From contig OZ316893.1 of NCBI GenBank assembly GCA_973895155.1, forward strand, positions 2,872,430-2,936,429: DNA of 64,000 nt. Reading direction: 5' to 3'. Below are positions 51,141-63,845 of the stretch, piece by piece. Within the stretch, counting starts at the first letter, position 1. Each line of letters opens with the position of its first letter. This DNA is from Marsupella aquatica (taxonomy: Eukaryota > Plantae > Marchantiophyta). The notes under the pieces are model-generated. The model worked only from the letters and a program-made list of their open reading frames with translations, searched no databases and was not told the DNA's origin. Position numbers and translations under genes: made by a program.

Positions 51141-51857
51141 TCTATATATAAAATATGTACCTTGAAGATCGAGCGTAACATACAAGTCCCCTATGAAAGA
51201 TAAAGTTTTATCTATTTCAATATGATATTTGTAATTCTAAAAATTCAAGGGTGTTTTCAATTCCTTGAAAAACTCTATTATAATTTACAAAAGGATAAAA
51301 TTTAATAGGAAAAGTTAATATTTTTACATTAACAATGGGATTTTTTTTGTGAACAAAAATATTAAGAAGGGGTACACGGGGGGTGTGTGTTCTCAGGGGG
51401 GTTCACTTAATATAGTAAGAGTGAGGGCCCAGGGCATTAAGGTTATAATTTTAATCCAATTTTGAGAATTATAAGAATCATAGTGTTTTTTTAAAATCAA
51501 ATTTGGGAATATTCTTGGAATATTCTATTAAGTTAGGGGTAAAATAATTACTAAAAAGAACTTTGTTGACTTAACTTTTAGGGTGTTTATTTTGTCAAAA
51601 CTTTGTGCATGATATGGGACACCCCTTGGATTGAAGCCCCCGAGATTGGGCGATACAAAACATTTTTTTTCTTCATGACATCTTCAGTTGGGCGACACGA
51701 AGTTTTCTTTCTTAATGACATCTTCGGCAACACCACATCTTTTTTTCTTCACGGCAGCTTGGGCGACACAACATCTTTTGGTCTTAACAACATCTTCGAG
51801 GACACGACATCATTTTTTTAACGACATCTTTGGTGCAACACACGGGTATTGAGCTAG
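51141..51857 (+). mobile_element. Putative non-autonomous Helitron
   Basis: A|TCTATATATAAAA 5' end at 51141, satellite units at 51650-51830, then GTGCAACACACGGG...GAGCTAG|T 3' end at 51854-51858 (A-T target, no TSD). The 5' end is less certain; an alternative TC start lies at 49070. Confidence 0.6.
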
Positions 51858-52626
51858 TGTGACATATAAACAGGCTCCTGACCGTTCATGAGGTGATAAG
51901 TTGCACCCCACGCAAATTACTCAGGGCATTTTTCACTAAACAAAAGTGACTACTCCCAAAGGTTAGTGGTAAGTTGGTGCTGTGCCCAAGCCCGAGGGCG
52001 TTCTTCACAAAAGAGGCATCCGTTGCTGGTTAGTTTATGATATTTTATCATCTTAGTACTCGTTGGCAATGGAGCAAATGGTTTCAGAAAAAAATGCATA
52101 GATTGGACATCAGATAACATGTTGGAAAATTCTGAGCTTGTCGATGGTGGTGGGCAAAAGCAAAACAAACCCCTTGTAACTTTCTAAATCCTTGCTGGAT
52201 TTTCCTCTTTTTTGTTTGAGATGGCAGAGTTGTTACCAATGCTTGTACTTCATGACAGTGGTCCCTTCAGTTTCTCCTTCGATTACATCCTGTTAAGCGT
52301 GTTGACGGAGTTGTCACTGCCGGCTTGACTTCTACCACAAATCGCCATTCTTTAAAAAATCCAATGGCATCACTGAGTGCATTGCAATTTTCAAGTCTGG
52401 AGACTGTTTCCTCCTTGCATTGACCGAGTATAAATCTAATGACAAGTGTGAAGAGTTGCTTTGGACAGCTGCAGCCGGCAATGCATCAGTCCTCGGCCTT
52501 AATTCGTGACGAAGGATTGTCGACAGGAGACTCTCTACTACCGGTGAGTCCTTTAGAGAAATCCGTGCTTTGTTTCAGATCACATCAGGTTTTGTCGTTC
52601 GGTTTTGGTTCGCTGCTTTCATAGTC

Positions 52627-55600
52627 ATGGGGCGAAGGTTTCTTATGTTGTCACCAGCTGGCAACAAGTTACTCGCCTCAGTTGGGGTGGTCCTCATGTT
52701 GATTGCCTCGTCTCTCGAAGAATGTAATGGCGATGCTGGACTACAACAGGGATCGATTTCCACTTCTGGGTAAGTAATACTCTTATGATTTTACTGAATC
52801 TCCTCACGCATTCAGTTGTGGGAGTCTAATTTGTGAGAATCGCATGAAATTTCTAATGAAAGGGCACCCATTCTATTCACCCAGATCTGGAGTGCGCGCA
52901 TTCTCTCTGCTGACTGATATAATCAGTTGTAATGTTCATGATGATCACTCTTAGTTGGTTTGATCTGTATTTATGTATCAATTCTTGTCTTAGACGCTGG
53001 ACGATTTTTCGGTTGTGGATGATGTGAGAGTTTTTTGTCATGGCTTTTCTACGATTCCCCAAGCTTCCCGTGTCTTTCAGGTGGTTTCATCATTGTTCTT
53101 GTATTTGTTATATCCTTGTTTCTGGAGGAGCGCTTTAGAAATCAAATTGCACAAACAATGGAATTGAGCTTGACGTCCACTGGATGCCTGAAGGAGGTCA
53201 TGTCGTTCGTTCTTCGCGAATAGTTGCATGTTTGTTGCAAATTTTCGAGCTCACTTTCATACAGGAAAGTACTGTGGAGACAGCCAACATCGGGTCGCTT
53301 ACACAAAATCTTAAGAAGATAACGTTGGTCAACCTACTACGCAATTTTGTTTTCGAAGTTCTGAGGTTTTCCTTCTGTTGTGTGTGGTTTTGAATTGCTA
53401 GGCTCACAGTCTCTGATAAAGGAACTCCTATCATGTTGAACTGTCCTGCGGTAGCACAAGTATGTACTACACTACACTACACCACTACACTAGACTAGAC
53501 TGCACTCATTTACTCCCAATCGCAGAGCTAGGCTGCAGGCTGTTAGCGCATCGCATATAATCGTTCCAATCCCGGTTCCAATATCAATTGCAATGTAGAC
53601 TCATTTGGTTCTATGCAAAGTGACAGCAGATCTAGAGCGTTCATACTTCCTGAATGATGTTCCCTCTCTCTATTCATAATGGCGTACTAGGCAACCGCAG
53701 TCTTCATCGGTTTCTAAGAGTTCGAACTACTCTTCTGTTTTCGAAAAAGTCACCAGAACAAGAGAAATTGAGCATGGTGAAAGATCCTTAGACGTAACGG
53801 CTTGCATTGTGTGTACAGTCGCTTTGTCTAATTCACCTCTCAATAAATCCAGACATGAGTAATGGAAATCCGTCAGTACCTTCTGTGATGCAGTATGCGA
53901 ACATCTCGTCGTCAGAAATTGCATGGCAGCGAGCATTGAGCGCGGCGGAGACGCTTCTATCCGTCTGGTTCACTCCCAGCTGCAAACCCACCTGCTTGAC
54001 TGGTTCCTTCTGGACCGACGCGAATGCCTTGGAGGCCCTCCTGAACCTGAAATCCGAGGCAGATCTCTATCCATATCCGGCTGGAAACTATAGTCTAGTG
54101 CAGCAGTTGGAGAACCTGACGGCTGACATATTTTCGACCCAAGACACCACACCATTGCTGGTGGCGCCACAGTACTACGACGATGCGCTCTGGTGGGGTC
54201 TGGCTTGGCTACGTGCTTTTGAGGAATATGGCAATGGCAGCTACTTGGACAGGTCTTTAGGGATCCTGGACACTGTGTATCGGCTGGCGTGGGACACGGG
54301 CGTCTGTGGAGGAGGTCTGTGGTGGAACACCGACAGACATTATAAGAACGCCATCACTAACGAGCTCTTTGCTGCGCTATCTTCAAAGCTCGCTCTTACC
54401 ACAGGGAATATGACTATCCAAAGCTGGGCCTTGCAGGTGCGTTTCTTTAGATTTGGGAAACATTTCCTCAGCTTATTAGAACGGAGATTGAAAAGCAATT
54501 TCTCACTTTCGATGCCCACCTTCTGTGCAGTGTATGCCTTCACTACAAATTCCTTTCTTTGCCTACAGTCGCGCTTGTTGGCATTTTGGAAACTAGTTGA
54601 TCACAGCTCGAATTAATGAATCTGTACTACTTTCGGAAATTAGGTGTAGGAGCCTAAGACCTCTAATTTCAGTGAAAGGCTTCTTTCTGATGTCTCTTAC
54701 CACACAGTATCCTTTAGTGGTGAGCCAGCGTTGTGCTACCTGATGTGCAGTCGTTCGATTGGTTTAATCAGTCTGGAATGCTGAACCCCAACTCCCATCT
54801 AATAAACGATGGGCTCAACGATACATGCCAGAACAACTATGGGACAACCTGGACTTACAATCAAGGGGTCATCCTCACTGCTGCTACAAACTTGTACAAT
54901 ATAACTAACGACACATCCTATCTCAATTACACAAATATGATCATCTGTGCGGCCTTCGCTAATCTGGTGTACCAGGATGATGGTGTCTTGATGGATCCTT
55001 GCGATCTCAGTCCAGGTATTATCAATTTGAACACCCAGATTTGCAACATGCATTTGCTGATATACTAGAGTCAACAATCTTAGAAAGACAAGGATTCAGT
55101 TCTTTATCAGTATCAAAGCTAATTGCTATAGTTCTTGTGCCGCAATTTAAGTAGGAAGTCTTGCAAGTAATTTTAAAGCTGCACTAGCCAGGATGCCTCT
55201 AATATTAGACCTAGGTCTACCACATATGCTAAGGAATAGTCTTCACCTCCCGACATTATGCTTCTATCACATTTATTCATATGTAATTCGACCTAAGGTT
55301 GTAGGTCCCTTTAGAGCCGCATGTCCAAATATTATGTCTTATCTCATATGCTAAATTAGTCTCTACAAACACGGCACCCTTTGTATGATTTGTTTCGTTA
55401 TGATTGTCACCCGATATTTGTTTCTTGTTCAGACGCACTCACTAAACAAAAGAAAGATATTATTATTCTTGAGCCTTGGGTCACTCATATTTGTGCCTGA
55501 GGATAGGCGGACAGATAAGTAGACAGACAGAACGAAAGTAAAGGAAAAAACTATCGAAGGAAAGGATTATTTATCGAGAACAAGTCATAAGTCTAGTTGA

Positions 55601-55986
55601 CGGGCAGAGCAGGGTATGCTACAAATGACATGGCTTATTGATTAACATGTGGAATTTCTGGTGGGAACTAAGTTTGGAACACTACAATCACATTTGCAAA
55701 TGCAGGTGGTTGCGGTGCTGACGGAAGCCAGTTCAAGGGAGTCTTTGTTCGCCATTTATTATATGCTACAAGAGTATTAGAGACAGTCTCACAAGGACCG
55801 GCCCCATGGCGAACGGACATTGGACACATGGCGGATATAATGTGGGCAAACTCAAGGCTGCAGCTCAGTGGCACCATCGATGAATTAGGCGGAAACTGGA
55901 AGGGACCCTTCGATGGCGCCTCACCTATTCGACAGGCCGCAGCTTTGGACTTGCTAGTCTTTGCTGCTGATCAGTTTGCAAAGTAG
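52627..55986 (+). CDS. Secreted glycoside hydrolase family 76 (alpha-1,6-mannanase/Dfg5-like), ~433 aa; exons 52627-52769, 53265-53293 (tentative), 53853-54436, 54751-55015, 55706-55986
   Basis: Signal peptide, then FWTDANALE, YYDDALWWGLAWLRAF (catalytic DD), CGGGLWW, YKNAITNELF, INDGL, WTYNQGVIL and DGSQFKGVFVRHL. GT-AG junctions join in frame (1302 nt). Confidence 0.88.
53463..53503 (+). repeat. (ACTAC/ACTAG)n pentanucleotide microsatellite in a GH76 intron
   Basis: Seen directly in the sequence. Confidence 0.8.
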
Positions 55987-58193
55987 AAAGAAAAGTGCAG
56001 TATTTAGGTGTTATGGATTGAGAGACAGCATGTAAGCCGAACGTACGGGTACTGACTTGACACAGTTGGTCTTGAATAAAGTGGAGCTTTCGACTAATGT
56101 GTTCCAATATTTTTATCTAAGACGGGCAGTTTACCTGAACCACTAGAATCAAGTAGGTTATGATTACTGGGTGTACACTCTTAATCTAAGTGGCATTGGG
56201 CACGGCTCAAACTTTAGATGCGGTAAATCTTTTCCTATCTAATTACAGCTTTTTGATCACGATGCAACTTCGCATGCCATTATGACAGCATTCGCGAGCA
56301 CGATTCAACTACAAGCTTCGTGCTCTTAGAGAGAAAAAAACTGGGCAGTTTTGATATGACCTTACAGGATTCTGATGAATCTGCTGTTGCTGATATTAAA
56401 ATTAACGAAGAGGTCAGTAGCTTAAGCCGATGATGGATCTGGGCAGGCTGAACTATCTTTTCATTTTGGGTTTAGTGACCTTGGACACCAACCAGGCAGC
56501 AAGGAGCTGCACCCCGTGTGTACATGTTCTCTTCTCTGAATCAAAGTCATTCTCCTGCACGCTTGTCCATGAAACTCCCAGAACCGCGTTACCAACGACC
56601 TCTCGAATGATATTAGTACCGTCGGGATGTGAAAAGCTAACACAAATCAATATGCCGTTTCAGGTGAGATCCTAGAGTTTGGATCTGTTATTGAGACCTT
56701 GTCATTAGAGCTGAATACTGTTATTGACGGAATGACAGACTTCGGAACTTCAATTTTAGTATGAGACAGCAGGGTGAGTACACATGTAGTGAACGTTACA
56801 TCATTGGCTGAACATGTTAACATGAGTAATGCAAGTTAACAAGAGCGAACAACTCATGTGCGCACAACTGTAACGGAGGTGTTCGCTCATGAACGCACAA
56901 CTGTTTTAAGGCCATCATCTCTTCTAGCCACTGAAACACCAAAGAAATTAAAGAAACTGAAACGAACCAGTAGAAGAGGGGTGTTTCCTTTTCTTGCCTT
57001 AAACCGAAACTAGATCCATCCGTCAGTAGACTATCTTTGGAGGATGCAAAACTGTAATGTAGTCAGGTCGGGGATGATACATAGTTTTCGTCATAATGCC
57101 CATGTGATATTTAGATCTGTCTAATGGCTCTTGGGCGGTGAAAAAGGGAGGCAAAGTGGGCAATGGTGAAGGGGCTACAGACTGCAATGAGCAGCGAAAC
57201 GTGTGAGGACAGGCAAGGCAGGGGGGACGGGAGAGCCAGGGCTGGCTGGCAACGTTCCGAAATGTTCCTCGTTTCCTCTCGAGATTGCTCCGTTTTGTGG
57301 AGCCCGAGGGTCGTACAGTTGGATGAACTCCCCAACAGAAAAGGGACTTACCAAAGCTGTGAGTTTGTCCCGAATCTTCTAAGTACAGATAGCATTAAAC
57401 GTGCAATGCCCTCAACGGTCCCTGATCACAACGTTGTTCAAACGTTTTTCAGACATGTTCCCTTTTTGCCTCTAGAGATTGCTCTGTATCACTTTATTGA
57501 GCATGGATACAATTTCAGAATTAGCATTGACAATCCATGCTCCAACAAAACGATACGATTCGGGAACTTGAGCATCATTGGATAGTTTCAAAAGAGGTGA
57601 AGCTGAGCTGTGATCCAGCAGGGTAAATGGGAGCTCACGTAGTTGCAACTGCAATGCTACGATACCCTTCTACTAGATTCAATCTATTAATGATGAATTT
57701 GAGGACAAACAAAATTCCATATAATTATATACATATGAATAATATTCTAGGCTCTGCATTCTATCCTACTGCTCCTTTTGGCTGTGCATGCTGTGCAGAC
57801 AGCCCATCCCGTAATAGACAACTTGTTCGAACAAGAAGCGATCTCATATGTGTAGGATAACTGGAAGAACTGAACACAAAGCCTCGCCAGAGCCAGACAG
57901 CACAGGCTTCATGACGACTCAACTATCCTCTCGCATATTTGCTCTGTAATAATACACCCTCACTCTTAAACTTCCCGCCAGTGGTTGCGATGAGGATCCT
58001 CCAAAATCTTTGCTGTTCCTTGTCATGATAACTCCTAGTGGCAAATTTTCCACTTGACAAAGAACGCCTGAAAACTGGCACCCAATACTAATACATGGAA
58101 GATTTGATTGTGAGACTCACACCATCAATTGATATCAGATGACACAAGACGAGCTTAAAAAAATCCAATTTCCAAATCGCTGTTGTCTTGATG

Positions 58194-59653
58194 TTAACTG
58201 TTCTCTTGGGTAACCCCAAACTGCTTGTCAATGACGTGCTCTATAACATCAACTCCTGCGTAGTGCGTCTTTGGGTTCTTCACCTGGATGAGGTTGTGTG
58301 CCTGAAAGCTTCCTGTCTGTCCTCGGAAACGTACATCCACTCTTTGCCAGGGAACTTGCAAGAGTCCTGTAACCATCTCAACCTCCAGAGAAACGAATCG
58401 CTGGTCAGATTCACGCACAGAACCTCGGGAATGGTCATCTACCGACGGTGAAGCTGGGTCCTCTTCTCGAATAATATGTGGGTATTTGGGATCTACTGGG
58501 TCATTATCAATCTCTGGTGTCTCCCATGGATAGCGAATGGAAGATGTCCGCCATCCCACAGCTTGATCGTTGACCACATTTGCATACGCTGCTCGCCTTT
58601 TGAAAGCTGCAAGACTTGACATAAACGCACCTTCCTTGCAGTCCGACGCCATCCTCCTCAGCAAGGGCAGCTCAATGTCGCTTCCATCGGTCAGAAACAT
58701 ATGCTTTCCACTTCTCCCCACAAACCAATGTGCAAAAGATTCGACAGTTTTCTCAAGTGCTAGAATTCCAAGTAGACAAGGCAGCTGCTCAGAGTCGCGA
58801 CAACCTATATGGGGCGTTGCAAGGGTGATGAAATTCATGGGCTGGAGTCCTCCTATTGTGAACTCCGATTGGGCTGCTTCTGATGAAATCTTACTATTAA
58901 CTGTTGGGTCCATTACTCCTTTACCGAAACTTCGACTGTGAGTTGGAGAGCAGTACAGTTTTGCAATTGCGTACCGAGATACCAAACCACCAAGAGAGTG
59001 TGCTAAAATTGAAATCTTCGTTACGCCAGGAGTCTTGTCAATTACTTCTCGGATTTCATTTGCCAGACGCTTCCCCATGACGTCCACACCATCAAAGGTC
59101 TTCAAGGCAATACTACTTCCGCTACAATGAATCGCAAATTTTCGCCCCAGTCTCGTCCTCATTCGCTCAGCCGCAAATGTCCAGTCCTTAGTACTGCCGA
59201 TGATTCCATTCACCAGTACCACCAAATGCTCAGGGGCCGGATCTACATCCCCATTGATGATCCCCTCCAAATCACCATGCCCAATCTTCTCTCCCACAGG
59301 CAGTGCTCCATCATCCGACCCCATCCTCCACCTTCTCTCCTCCCTCCTCTTCTGCCTTTGCTCTGTCTTCTCAGTCTCCCAACGGGTGGTGCCCCTCTGT
59401 GTCCCGCCTCGTCCTGATCGGTGTCCAGAGGGTATGCACCGTAGTTTCCTAAATTGCTTGCAGAAAAGGTAATCTGCTGAACAAAAAATTCAAGCACGGT
59501 CCTCAGAATTGAAGCACGAGGCTGGGAGGTCCAGAAACGCAAGGGCGCTGCTACGAGAGGATTGACCTTCAAAGCATGCTGCTGCCACTCTCCTCTCCTA
59601 TTCCCTGAGAAAGAGGGTAGTCTGCTAGCCACAAGTTGAAGCCCTGTACTCAT
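58194..59653 (-). CDS. DUF676 putative serine esterase/lipase (ROG1-like), intronless; either 376 aa from ATG 59324, or ~486 aa from ATG 59653 if a 1-nt frameshift at the A6 run 59483-59488 is corrected
   Basis: HLVVLVNGIIGS, TFDGVDVMGKRLA, ISILAHSLGGLVSRYAI (nucleophile elbow), NFITLATPHIG, GRSGKHMFLTD and YANVVNDQAVGWRTSSIR. Confidence 0.88.
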
Positions 59654-60395
59654 CAGAGTGAAGGAATCGAAGGAAGGGAAAGGGAAATCAGGTCAAATAC
59701 CCCGGACGGTGCTCCAGCAGCTTGACCTTACAAACACTCATTCGAATTCATTCATGCACGGATTCATTTCTCTTCTTTCGTCTTTCGCCTCCTCCTCCTC
59801 TTGTCCCATATTCACCCTTAAACCCCCTTCATCAGCAGCGCCGCTCGCCTTCCGGATCTGCGTGTTCCTCCTCAGCAATGCATGCCTCGTCTTCCATTGC
59901 TCCAGAAGCAAGTCTTTTCGGAACCCATCGTTCTCCTGAATGGTATTGGCAAGGACACCTGCTACGTTTGGACAACGAGGCTTAAAGCAACGACACGCAC
60001 CCACCTTTCGTCGCTTTTCGCTAGTTTTTTTTTTGGTTTGCTCGAAGGTGGGCTCGGGCCTCCCGAATTGAGGGAAGGAATACGCCATCGCTGCCAACCC
60101 ACATCTAAGCTTATGACACGCACACATGGCCCCTCGCCCCACCACCTTCCAGCTTCATGCAGTGCAGTTGCGCTCCTTCGAAGAAAGCCAGCTCTGGGGA
60201 GGAGGGCCCGAGTTTCTCCAGCTGCCAAACGGACGTCGCCCCATTCTGTATTTTGCGGTCCAGTTCATGCTCACACCGTTTTCTTAGACGCTTCCAGTGG
60301 GCTTTACAAGAGGGTGGGGCCATTGGGTGTCTCTCTATCCAAAAAGCAAAGTTGAGACTTAGCCACTTAGATATAGTAAAGCTAACATGATTGAC

Positions 60396-61020
60396 CCCAC
60401 AAACCAATGTGCAAACGATTCAACAAGTTTTCTCTAAGGGCCGTCATGCTTGTCTTGCAGGTGCACGGTCCTTAAAAAATAGGCCCCTGTCTTGCATGTG
60501 CACTGTCTTTGAAAAATAGCCCCTTTCATTCACTCATGTCATTCACCCATGTCACGTAATCATTCAGTGAGCGATTCATGCCTGACCCATCTCCCTAGGC
60601 ACGATTGACGGCAGCATTTGAGAAAATCTATGGGCAAGGGCTGCAAGGTTTCCAGCCCTTCCCTTTAAGACCTTCAAATTTCATAACAAACAAAGCATTT
60701 TACTTTACAAGAACAAATCACATGCATCATTTACAGAGATTTGTGGACAAGCAAAATCTACTTTTTCCCTGCATGTTTGGGAATGTAGAGTGCCGGAATT
60801 CCAGGGTCCATAGCATGCAAGACAACCCTAAGTGCTAGAATTCCAAGTAGACAAGGAAGCTGCTCAGAGTCTCGACAACCTACATGGGGCGCTGCAGGGG
60901 TGATGAAATTTGTGGCCTGGAGTCTACAGTGAACTTAGGTTGGGCTGCTTCCAATGTAATGTTACTATTAACTGTTGGGCCCATTACTCCTTTTACCCAA
61001 ACTTCAACTCTGAGTTGGAG
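60396..61020 (-). pseudogene. ~230-bp duplicated fragment of the DUF676 CDS (copy of ~58717-58950), split by a MITE
   Basis: 60396-60437 matches 58717-58756, and 60830-61020 matches 58755-58948 (AAGTGCTAGAATTCCAAGTAGACAAGG.AGCTGCTCAGAGTC.CGACAACCTA). Confidence 0.88.
60438..60828. mobile_element. Tourist/PIF-Harbinger-like MITE, 391 bp, TAA TSD
   Basis: TAA|GGGCCGTCATGCTTG...GCATGCAAGACAACCC|TAA, with imperfect TIRs. It interrupts the duplicated gene fragment cleanly. Confidence 0.75.
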
Positions 61021-63845
61021 GGCAGGAAGAGACCTCAAAACGTGAATAGTGGGGCTTTACAAAAGGGTGGGGCCGTTGGGGTGTCTCTCTATCCAAAGCA
61101 AAGTTGACGGCCACTTAGATGTACTAAAGTTAAAATGATTGAGCCAAGATGTGTCGTGTCTGGAGATAATATATACAATTCCTTCAGGAGAAGCCGTCGC
61201 TTTGCTGCATCTTTCAGACCACCTCAAGAGGAAGTCTAAATTTTTGACAAGCCAACAAGCACACATCAGTAAAAACAAAAAGGGGGACCCACAAGGGGCC
61301 TATTGACATTTGACTAGGTTGAGTAATGATTGTTTGGACCACAAGTTCATGTAAAGAGAAGTGTGGCCCGTTCTCACATTTGAATGGCTAAGATTGCATC
61401 TCACACATAGGAAAAAGAAACTACTGCCCCTGAGTTCTTGTTCAGCTTCTTGAAGGCTGGAGAAGCAAACAGAGCCTTGCAAAGCCACCAATTGCATTGC
61501 CTCTGGTTTTACCAGGCTTTTCAGTTTTCAGCAGAGGAGGGTTTTTGTGGGTTTAGTGTTAGTTGTGTTTGATGGGGCTCTCGGCTTGTGAGGCCTCTCT
61601 GTCCCTCTTGTGTGTGGTCTTTCCTTCTTTTTTTCCTCCTTTCCTCTTTTCCCCCTTAAACCAAAACTACCTGTAGCCCTTATTAGATGGTGCAAAAAGT
61701 TCAGTTTCACTAGGAATGGACCTTTTATGGTGAAGACATTATTCACAGGAGCAGGAATGAGCAGTAGCCAGCAAGGTATGGGGCTTTTTCAAATGGGCAG
61801 GTGTGGTTTAATAGATTGGGTCTCTCAACTTTGGGATCCTTTCTCCCAGTTTGATGTCCTTGTTGTGCCATGGTGATGTATATTTCTGGTGTTTTTCCTT
61901 CTAGAACAGAGTCTCAAATCTGAAGCGCCAAAGAAAAATCCACGGCCGGAAAGTGTGAGATATGGACATGGGTCAGAAGTGGTAGGACAAGCTTTTGTGA
62001 GTCCGCCAATTTACTTCTGGGAAAATATATGACAGTGACCTGAGCCAAAATCCGGAGATTGAGACTCCCTAATAGATTACAAGTACTCAGCAGTTTCGTT
62101 TCACTGCTGGTTTGTTTCACTGCTGGATTCACAGCTGATGATCATCAGTACTAGAGTTGGCTGATTAGTCTCTCATCTGAAGGTTGTCCAGGGGTGGTGG
62201 TGTTGTCGCATTGGTGGTCATCAGTCAACAACTGTAGGTTTGGGATTCAACTTTTTGTGAGTTTTCTAATTAAGCCCAACCTGAGTACCTTTCTCAAGCT
62301 GCAGTTTCCCAGATATATGCACTTTTTGTTCTTAGGCAGTATGATATACACATGTCAGACTATTTTGAGTTGAACCTAGTGGTAGCTCCCTTGACTTGGT
62401 AGGATGAGGTCTAAGGTTTCAATCTTGACTTCACAGATTCTGACTTTGATTTGCAAAGCCCAAAATTGGGATCTGCAAATCCCAAATAAATTACCCCCTT
62501 ATAAATACCAGACCACACAGTTTCATTTTACAATCTCCACGAGATACACTGCGGATCAGACTAATTTTCAGGCCCTCAAACTGCCTTATACTAAATTTAT
62601 CATCTTTAATACCATGTGCTAGAAAAGCTTGTTTTATGACTGGAAGCACCAGTGACTTTTTTAGTGATTTTTTGGATGTTCTTCTAGTTTTTAGCAGTAA
62701 CGAGACCAGGTAAATATCTGGACCCTCTCTTCGCCAGAGGTGGCCACTTGGATATTCCCAAGGAAACCTACATTAACCTACATTCTCAGATTTTTGCACA
62801 ACCATTTGTGAACCAATCTTGGTGAATAATTCTCAATCAAATTGATTCCCTCAGCAGGCAAATCATCACGAAAATGTAAAATTCAGCCGGGAATTTAGCC
62901 TTTGGTTGGCAGCCAACAACTTCACGGATGCTACCACTTTCAAAGATCAGAGGACCAATTCAATGCGGCATTTTGAAAAATGCATGAGTTTATCTCCACC
63001 ATTCCTACGTATATACATCTCTCAGTTGGTCATCACTTTTCTGGGAATGTTTCCTTCTAGTGTCATGGTATCGCCAAGGAACAATATACTGGGTCGCGTG
63101 CTTCCAACGTGCATTCCTCCGTAAGCCCAAGACAGAAATCCCAATTGAGATGGGCAGCAACTGGATATTTAGTTAGGTGCTTAATAAATTTGCAGAATCG
63201 TGGCCAATATATGATGTACCCCTTATAAATTTTCAGTATATCAACAACAGAAGGGCAATAACAGGCTAATTCATTCTTCCAATCCGTACTTACAACTCTT
63301 TTCCACATTACTTTAGAATTTGTGTAATGCAGAAGATGAGGTCATCTGAATTTGGGGTCCATGTGACCAGAGATAAAGTTTCCACAAGCTGAAGCATAGT
63401 AAGGAAATTGAGAACATTACAATTTTTATTCTTTTTGCCCCCATGGTGATATCAAATCGTCTACTTCGCTTGAGATCCACATTGGAGGAACCAACAAAAT
63501 TAAAATTCTTAGAGTATCTTGTGACCATTCTGTAATAGTTTCTACTATCACCTCGCAATGGAAGAGTCCAGCTCAAGTACTGTCTTGTTGTAGCCTCGTT
63601 TGTCTCGGTCTACTGTGGAGCTCTTCCATTACTATGAAACAAATTAACAAACTGAATTTGAAGGATGGCATCGCAATGATTGTAAATACAAACTCAACAA
63701 AGGAGCCTTGCAATAGCCAAATCCAAACGTCAGGGTTTAAATCCAGAGGCTAAGGCCCACACATTTGCCTACATGACAGATAAGATTACAACAGTATCAC
63801 TATCGCCTTTCTCTTGCTTACTTTCATGGGCAGTAGCAAAGCCCT

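Noticed and set aside
61925-61965. Similarity to 11795-11830 (HFPAVDF vs HLPAVDF)
   Set aside because: About 30 bp of weak similarity that does not extend; likely chance.
62700-63620. Possible decayed gene on the minus strand
   Set aside because: Short broken ORFs with no family motif I can support.
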